Shown here piece after piece: positions 7,035 through 11,893 of a DNA stretch of 11,893 nt (its first letter is position 1; each line of letters starts with the position of its first letter). Origin of the DNA: Pirellulales bacterium (GTDB lineage: Bacteria; Planctomycetota; Planctomycetia; Pirellulales; Lacipirellulaceae); contig JAFGFZ010000351.1 of NCBI GenBank assembly GCA_016930815.1, positions 1 through 11,893 of the forward strand. The letters run 5' to 3'. The notes under the pieces were generated by a model, which had not been told where the DNA came from, searched no databases, and saw nothing but the letters and a program-made list of their open reading frames with translations. The translations under genes and the position numbers were made by a program.

Positions 7035-7065
7035 GAAATGAAATGAACCATCCAAATGAAATGAG
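7035..7065 (+). promoter_or_regulatory. Paired direct repeats (AAATGAAATGA x2, 18-bp spacing) 15-45 bp upstream of exbB; candidate operator or UTR element
   Basis: AAATGAAATGA at 7036-7046 and again at 7054-7064, i.e. four AAATG pentamers, in an AT-rich leader lacking an SD. Read directly from sequence. Confidence 0.3.
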
Positions 7066-7080
7066 CAAATCACCCTAACT

Positions 7081-7722
7081 ATGGAAATCATTTTCAACAT
7101 CATCAGCGTAATCACTTACGGCCTCCTTGGCTTGCTTGCTGTTTGGGGGGCCTATTGTGTCATTCTGGTATGGCGACGAGTTGCCCAAACCCGGTTCCGG
7201 GATGAGCTGGACCAGGATGAGTTTCTTGAAGAATTGGAAAGTAATATCCAGAGTGGTAATTTCGATAACGCGTTGGAACTGACCAATAACGACCGCCGCG
7301 CGCTGCCACAATTGGTTACCTACGCGATCGAGAACCGGGATGCCGGGTATCACCAGCTACGCCGCGAGGTGGGCGAACGGTTCCAACAAGATGTCATGGC
7401 CGATATTGAACATCGCCTCAGCTGGATAGCCACGGTCACCAAAGCCGCTCCGATGGTGGGTCTCATGGGAACTGTCATTGGGATGATGGGCGCATTTGCC
7501 AAAATCGGAGCCGGCGAGAAAGTGGACGCCTCGATCATGGCGAAGGATATCTCTTTTGCGTTGATTACCACCGCATGCGGCCTGGCAATTGCCGTCCCCC
7601 TGGTTCTTATCACCGCCGGGATTAATATCCGGATTCGCAAGATGGAAGATCTGGTCGACTTGGGCCTTGGCCGAATCTTCGAACTGTTGACGCAACTATT
7701 TTCGGGACCCAAGGAGTCGTAA
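7081..7722 (+). CDS. exbB: MotA/TolQ/ExbB-family proton channel (ExbB-like), 213 aa
   Basis: Three TM helices. Signature PMVGLMGTVIGMMGAF plus the C-terminal TM helix TTACGLAIAVPLVLITAGINI. Typical ExbB/TolQ size. Confidence 0.92.
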   Translation: MEIIFNIISVITYGLLGLLAVWGAYCVILVWRRVAQTRFRDELDQDEFLEELESNIQSGNFDNALELTNNDRRALPQLVTYAIENRDAGYHQLRREVGERFQQDVMADIEHRLSWIATVTKAAPMVGLMGTVIGMMGAFAKIGAGEKVDASIMAKDISFALITTACGLAIAVPLVLITAGINIRIRKMEDLVDLGLGRIFELLTQLFSGPKES

Positions 7723-7740
7723 ACCAACGGACTCACACGC

Positions 7741-8235
7741 ATGAATCCATGGCTTGAACCATCGTTGGCAGAGAGCGGCGTGGCAACCACCGTCAAGCGC
7801 CACCGCAAAGAAACCGATTCGGAAATGGACATCACGCCGATGATCGACGTGACGTTCCTGATGCTCATTTTCTTCCTTGTCGCATCGACACCGGACGTGC
7901 AAGCGGTGATCGAACTCCCGCCTGCGAATCATGGGATCGGAGTCAGCCAGCGCGATTCGACCATTCTGACGATTGGGGACAGCGGCCAGGAAAACGCGCC
8001 CGTCTACCTGGCCGATGGCAAGTACCCGAACGCGCTCGTTACGGGAAGTCTCGAGGCCCAGCGTCAGAAAATTGTCGATCATGTTCAAGATAATCTACGA
8101 TCGAAATTCAGAAAAACGGATGTCCTCATCAAAGCGGACCGAAGTGTCAAGCACCGTGATGTCGCGCGTGTTATTAAAGCTGTTTCACGGGTCGAAGGCG
8201 TGAAAATCCATCTGGCGGTGTTGGAAACGGAATAA
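7741..8235 (+). CDS. exbD: ExbD/TolR-family biopolymer transport protein, paralogue 1, 164 aa
   Basis: EMDITPMIDVTFLMLIFFLV is the canonical ExbD/TolR N-terminal TM motif including the conserved protonatable Asp. Periplasmic C-terminal domain. Starts 18 bp after exbB. Confidence 0.92.
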   Translation: MNPWLEPSLAESGVATTVKRHRKETDSEMDITPMIDVTFLMLIFFLVASTPDVQAVIELPPANHGIGVSQRDSTILTIGDSGQENAPVYLADGKYPNALVTGSLEAQRQKIVDHVQDNLRSKFRKTDVLIKADRSVKHRDVARVIKAVSRVEGVKIHLAVLETE

Positions 8236-8241
8236 GATGCC

Positions 8242-8742
8242 ATGAACACGCAACTGAATATCATTGAACACGCCGAAAAACGGACACGCCGCCTCCGGTC
8301 GGCAGACGACGAACTCGACATGACCCCCATGGTCGATGTGACATTCCTGCTACTGATCTTCTTCATGATTACGGCTGCATTTGCATTACAGAAGGCGATT
8401 AATGTCCCACCCGCGAAGGACGACGCGGCAAGCCAAGCCCAGGTCATGGAAGATCCCGAGGACGAAACGGTAACAATCAAAGTCGACGAAGATAATGTGT
8501 TTTGGGTTGGGGCGCCCCTCTGGGAAGATGAGATGCGGGCATCAAGCACGCAGGGGATGTTGGTACTCCTCCGGAAAGCGCGGGCTGGCCGTGGGGGCAA
8601 ATACGGCGCCGGCCCAACCCGATTGATCGTCCAAGCAAACGGCGAAGCGGTTCATGAAAAGGTCGTCGCTGCTCTCGATGCCGGAATGTCTGTCCGCATG
8701 GAAGAGATCCAGCTGATGAGCTACGAGGAAGGCGACTTGTGA
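8242..8742 (+). CDS. exbD: ExbD/TolR-family biopolymer transport protein, paralogue 2, 166 aa
   Basis: LDMTPMVDVTFLLLIFFMI motif. Starts 6 bp after the first exbD. Has a longer acidic periplasmic linker than paralogue 1. Confidence 0.9.
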   Translation: MNTQLNIIEHAEKRTRRLRSADDELDMTPMVDVTFLLLIFFMITAAFALQKAINVPPAKDDAASQAQVMEDPEDETVTIKVDEDNVFWVGAPLWEDEMRASSTQGMLVLLRKARAGRGGKYGAGPTRLIVQANGEAVHEKVVAALDAGMSVRMEEIQLMSYEEGDL

Positions 8743-8825
8743 ACGGGGCATTTAACACAGGATAGCCGGTTTGATGATCTATTATCCACCGGCCATACAA
8801 ACCACAGCACCATCTTTTCAATGTC

Positions 8826-11800
8826 ATGATGAACGCCGAGCATTTCCTGAAAATCCTTGAAGAACGCGAATTGCTCTCAGAGCGGGCAATCAGCCGATTG
8901 CGCACGCAGCTCGGCGCCAATGCGAAGACGATGAGCGCGGGGGCCTTGGCCAAAACGCTCATACAAAAGGGGCGGCTGACCAAGCACCAAGCCAACCAAG
9001 TACTGAAAACCAAGACTGGCCCTCCAGTCGACGAGAAGCAACCGGATCCCAACCAGGACGCATCGATCAGCCATCTCGGTTTCGCTCCATTGGAAGAGGA
9101 AAACAAGCCCGCGCCGGCCAAAGCGAAGGCGGAACCAAAACCCAAATCCAGGCCAAAACAACCATCGGCCCAGAAAAAGAGGTTGGAAACCACCAAACCG
9201 CCGGAAGAAAAGATCGCGTTGGAGCCCATCTCAGGGGCCGATTCCAAGGGAAAGCCCAAGACAGTCGATCTCTTGGGAGATGCCAAGGGGAGTGAACCGA
9301 TGCCCCAGAGGCAAAGCAAGCCCCTCGAGACTTCGGATCTCCCGGCCGGAGACTTGATCGATGAGGCGGCCGACGAGCCCTCCGAAGATGTCCTTCTGGC
9401 AAGCAAGAAACGATCCTTTCGGCGCCGATCACGGAAACCAAAATCAAAGAAAAAGGGCCTCGATCCATCCCAGAGCGAATGGGAATCCCCGCTGATGCTC
9501 ATTGGGGGTGCGGCCCTCGTATTTCTTGTTCTCGTCGGCTGGTTAGTCTGGTTTTTGCTAAAACGTGATACGGGCGATGATGTTCTCAAAGCAGCGGAGA
9601 ATCATTTCTCCAGTGGTGCGTATACCCAAGCAATCAGCGATTACGAACGATTCCTGAAATCGTTCCCTCGCCATGCGCGGGTGAGTGAAGCCCGTGTCCA
9701 GCTTGGTGTTACCCGCATTCGCCAGGAAACGGAATCAACGTCTGATTATGGACACGCGCTCGAAGTCGCCAAGGAGCAGATCCGGGCCATCGAGGATGAG
9801 GAGAAGTTCAGCGGAGCGACGAGCGATTTAGCGGATTTGCTTGAACAGATCGTCTGCGGCCTCGCCGAGCAGGCCGTGCAGGCCGAGGATCCCGAAATCA
9901 TTGCCCAGCGTTCGGCCCAAGCCAACGAAGCGCTCAAACTAATCAACAATACCAAATATGTACCCAACTCGCAGCGGCCGGTGGAGGCCATCAACGCGGT
10001 CCGCCAGAACCTCGGCCTTGTCGCTCGCCGGCAAGAGCGCAACGAACAACGAAGGGAGGCATTGGCCGCCATTGAAAGTGCGACCACGGCCGGAAATACC
10101 CGCGAAGCATACGCGGCTTATCAAAAGTTGCTCGACATCCATCCGGAATTTGCCAACGACCCTCTCGTTGCCAAGGCGGTTGCCGGGATCACCGCTTCCG
10201 AACGATCGAGTGTTGTTTTCCAAGCGGCACCGAAGGAAGCGATTCCAGGGCAAGCGAGTTCGCCAATGATTGCCTCGCTCGCCCTGGCCGATTGCGAAAG
10301 CAAGATTCCCGCGGACAAGGAACCTCGGCCCGTATTTGTTCGTACGAACGGTGCGATCTGGGCACTCGATGCAGACTCCGGCAGATTACTCTGGCGGCAT
10401 TTTGTTGGTTTCGATCTGTCTGGCATGCCGCTTCTGATCCAAGGCGATGTCCTGGTTATCGACACCGTTTCCCATGATCTGGTCCGGTTTGAGGGGAAGA
10501 CCGGCCAGACTCGCTGGCGTTTGGAAATTGGGGAACCACTTCTTGCCCCCGTTGGACGCGACAACCAAATCCTACTCGCGACCTTGTCAGGGAAAATGTT
10601 TGTTTTGGAAGCCGAGACGGGGAAATCGTCTGGTTTCATCCAGTTTGCGCAGGGCATTCCTGTACCGCCGCTGGTCGATTCGCATAATGGCCGCGTCTGC
10701 GTTGTGGGTGAACATTCGAGTGTGTATGTTCTTGTCGGTGAAAAACTCATCTGCCGGGATGTTTTCCACTTGGGGCATCGCGCAAGTTCCATTGCAACAC
10801 CACCTGTCGCGGCATTGGGACATATTATCATCGCAGAGAATCAAGGCCAGGAATCGGCACAATTACACGCCCTCTCATTCCAGCCGGATGGAACCTTGGC
10901 CGAGAAAACAAAACCGATTCGCATGGACGGGCAAGTGACAACGCAACCGGCTGTGGATGGCAAGCGGCTAGTAGTTTTGACCGATCATGGTGAAATACAA
11001 GCATTCGATGTGGCGGCTGGGCAGTCCGAAAATGTCCTCGTATCAATTGCCCGCCGCCCGGCCACGGGACGCTTGGCGAACCATTATGGACTTGTCCAAA
11101 ACGGCCGCCTATGGATCGCCGACACGCGATTGAGTCAGTTCACGATCTTACCCACCGGCAGCCGCTTTCAAGTTGAGGATCTAAAAGACCATTTCGATGG
11201 AGATGCTTTTGACTATCCGCTCATGGCGGACGGGAACCGGATGATCCACGTTCGAAGACGGGCTCAAACAGAGGGCGTCACCATCACAGCCGTTGAATTC
11301 AACGGTGGCCAGATTGTTTGGCAAACCCACGTGGCATTGCCACTGGCTGGCGAACCGATCGTGGATGCCTCGCGCCGCACTATCACAACCGGCAGCCACA
11401 GCGGCCAAATTTTTCACCTCAACGAGGAAACGTTCCGGGACCGAGTGCAGAATCAACCGCTCCGATCGGATGCGAACATGAAATCCCGAACGATCGAGAA
11501 TAGCCTGGCGCCCGAGAGCGGAACGGCGATCTTCTCGAACGCGGGGCAAGAGGGGGTCCTCGCCGTGCATCTGGACTCCTCGCCTTTCCGTCTGGCCTGG
11601 CTTGATCTACCCGATGCCCTGGCGTGCTCACCGATCGCCTTCGCCGGGGGTCTCCTTTGCCCATCACAAATTGGCCAAGTTTTTCTGCTCGACTTAAAAT
11701 CCGGCAAGGAATTATCCACTCCCTTCCAGCCGCGTCTAACACCCGAACAGCCCGTCGAATGGACCCGGCCGTCCGCCACACCAGACGGCCGCCGGTTTGT

Positions 11801-11893
11801 CATCGCGAATCGTCATGGTCAGATTTTTCTGGTGGAACTATCCGGCACGGAGCGACTTGAGATGAAAGAGGCCGGATCCACCGGGCTTCTCCC
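8826..11893 (+). CDS. Large bitopic membrane protein (more than 1022 aa, 3'-open at window edge): N-terminal cytoplasmic helical domain, Lys/Pro-rich low-complexity segment, basic patch, one TM helix, periplasmic TPR region, then PQQ-type beta-propeller repeats
   Basis: Manual translation of frame 3 from ATG 8826 shows no stop to the window end. It is absent from the ORF track only because it lacks a stop in the window. Residues read off include KPAPAKAKAEPKPKSRPKQP; KKRSFRRRSRKPKSKKKG followed by TM PLMLIGGAALVFLVLVGWLVWFLL (positive-inside, so N-in); TPR-like AAENHFSSGAYTQAISDYERFLKSFPRHARVSEARVQLG; and PQQ-like blades NGAIWALDADSGRLLWRH, EGKTGQTRWRL, KMFVLEAETGKS, HGEIQAFDVAAGQ. Starts 84 bp after the second exbD with no terminator. 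Confidence 0.85.
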   Translation, partial: MMNAEHFLKILEERELLSERAISRLRTQLGANAKTMSAGALAKTLIQKGRLTKHQANQVLKTKTGPPVDEKQPDPNQDASISHLGFAPLEEENKPAPAKAKAEPKPKSRPKQPSAQKKRLETTKPPEEKIALEPISGADSKGKPKTVDLLGDAKGSEPMPQRQSKPLETSDLPAGDLIDEAADEPSEDVLLASKKRSFRRRSRKPKSKKKGLDPSQSEWESPLMLIGGAALVFLVLVGWLVWFLLKRDTGDDVLKAAENHFSSGAYTQAISDYERFLKSFPRHARVSEARVQLGVTRIRQETESTSDYGHALEVAKEQIRAIEDEEKFSGATSDLADLLEQIVCGLAEQAVQAEDPEIIAQRSAQANEALKLINNTKYVPNSQRPVEAINAVRQNLGLVARRQERNEQRREALAAIESATTAGNTREAYAAYQKLLDIHPEFANDPLVAKAVAGITASERSSVVFQAAPKEAIPGQASSPMIASLALADCESKIPADKEPRPVFVRTNGAIWALDADSGRLLWRHFVGFDLSGMPLLIQGDVLVIDTVSHDLVRFEGKTGQTRWRLEIGEPLLAPVGRDNQILLATLSGKMFVLEAETGKSSGFIQFAQGIPVPPLVDSHNGRVCVVGEHSSVYVLVGEKLICRDVFHLGHRASSIATPPVAALGHIIIAENQGQESAQLHALSFQPDGTLAEKTKPIRMDGQVTTQPAVDGKRLVVLTDHGEIQAFDVAAGQSENVLVSIARRPATGRLANHYGLVQNGRLWIADTRLSQFTILPTGSRFQVEDLKDHFDGDAFDYPLMADGNRMIHVRRRAQTEGVTITAVEFNGGQIVWQTHVALPLAGEPIVDASRRTITTGSHSGQIFHLNEETFRDRVQNQPLRSDANMKSRTIENSLAPESGTAIFSNAGQEGVLAVHLDSSPFRLAWLDLPDALACSPIAFAGGLLCPSQIGQVFLLDLKSGKELSTPFQPRLTPEQPVEWTRPSATPDGRRFVIANRHGQIFLVELSGTERLEMKEAGSTGLL

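Noticed and set aside
8477-9589. 370-aa minus-strand ORF, the longest listed in this region
   Set aside because: Entirely antisense to the giant + strand ORF, whose TPR, PQQ and TM features are coherent. Its translation is Ser/Arg/Pro-rich low complexity, typical of the reverse frame of GC-rich coding DNA.
10121-10831. 236-aa minus-strand ORF and neighbouring + frame ORFs 9958-10269 and 10447-10938
   Set aside because: They overlap, antisense or out of frame, the continuous + strand reading frame running 8826 to 11893 that encodes recognisable propeller repeats. They are artefacts of that frame not being listed.
5979-11893. Looked for a canonical TonB in the 314-aa protein and in the giant ORF
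   Set aside because: Neither shows the Pro-rich periplasmic spacer followed by a TonB_C-like 80-90-aa domain, so neither is called tonB. Both are described by architecture only.
1-11893. CRISPR arrays, rRNA, additional tRNAs
   Set aside because: No regularly spaced direct repeats or conserved rRNA segments were seen. The only cloverleaf-compatible sequence is the tRNA-Phe at 3878-3950.

Overview
GC-rich bacterial chromosomal window, probably from the PVC superphylum (Planctomycetota/Verrucomicrobiota); this is inferred from domain content only (PEP-CTERM plus dockerin-like repeats, secreted QW-repeat protein, PQQ propellers). All supportable genes are on the + strand except one tRNA. In order: (1) the 3' end of a PEP-CTERM-anchored protein with dockerin-like Ca-binding repeats; (2) an NfeD-like membrane protein plus a FloT-like flotillin (SPFH) operon, behind a near-consensus sigma70-type promoter and ending in a clean intrinsic terminator. 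The NfeD homologue carries an unusual His/Gly-rich tandem-repeat loop and a G8 homopolymer; (3) an internally deleted, 3'-truncated DDE (rve-type) transposase remnant lying just downstream of the 3' end of a minus-strand tRNA-Phe(GAA), which has its own terminator, i.e. a decayed mobile-element scar at a classic tRNA integration hotspot; (4) a secreted QW-motif (squalene-cyclase/prenyltransferase-repeat) protein with C-terminal HEAT repeats, apparently co-transcribed with a 314-aa single-pass membrane protein of TonB-like architecture but no recognisable TonB C-terminal domain; (5) a tightly packed exbB-exbD-exbD (MotA/TolQ/ExbB channel plus two TolR/ExbD paralogues) motor cluster. It is followed, with no canonical TonB, by a more than 1000-aa open-ended ORF encoding an N-terminal cytoplasmic domain, a Lys/Pro-rich segment, one TM helix, a TPR region and a PQQ-type beta-propeller. 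That giant ORF is absent from the supplied ORF track only because it has no stop inside the window. The most interesting hypothesis is that this is a non-canonical Ton/Agl-like proton-motive motor whose output partner is not TonB. No CRISPR arrays or rRNA are present. The many long minus-strand ORFs are antisense artefacts of GC-rich coding sequence.
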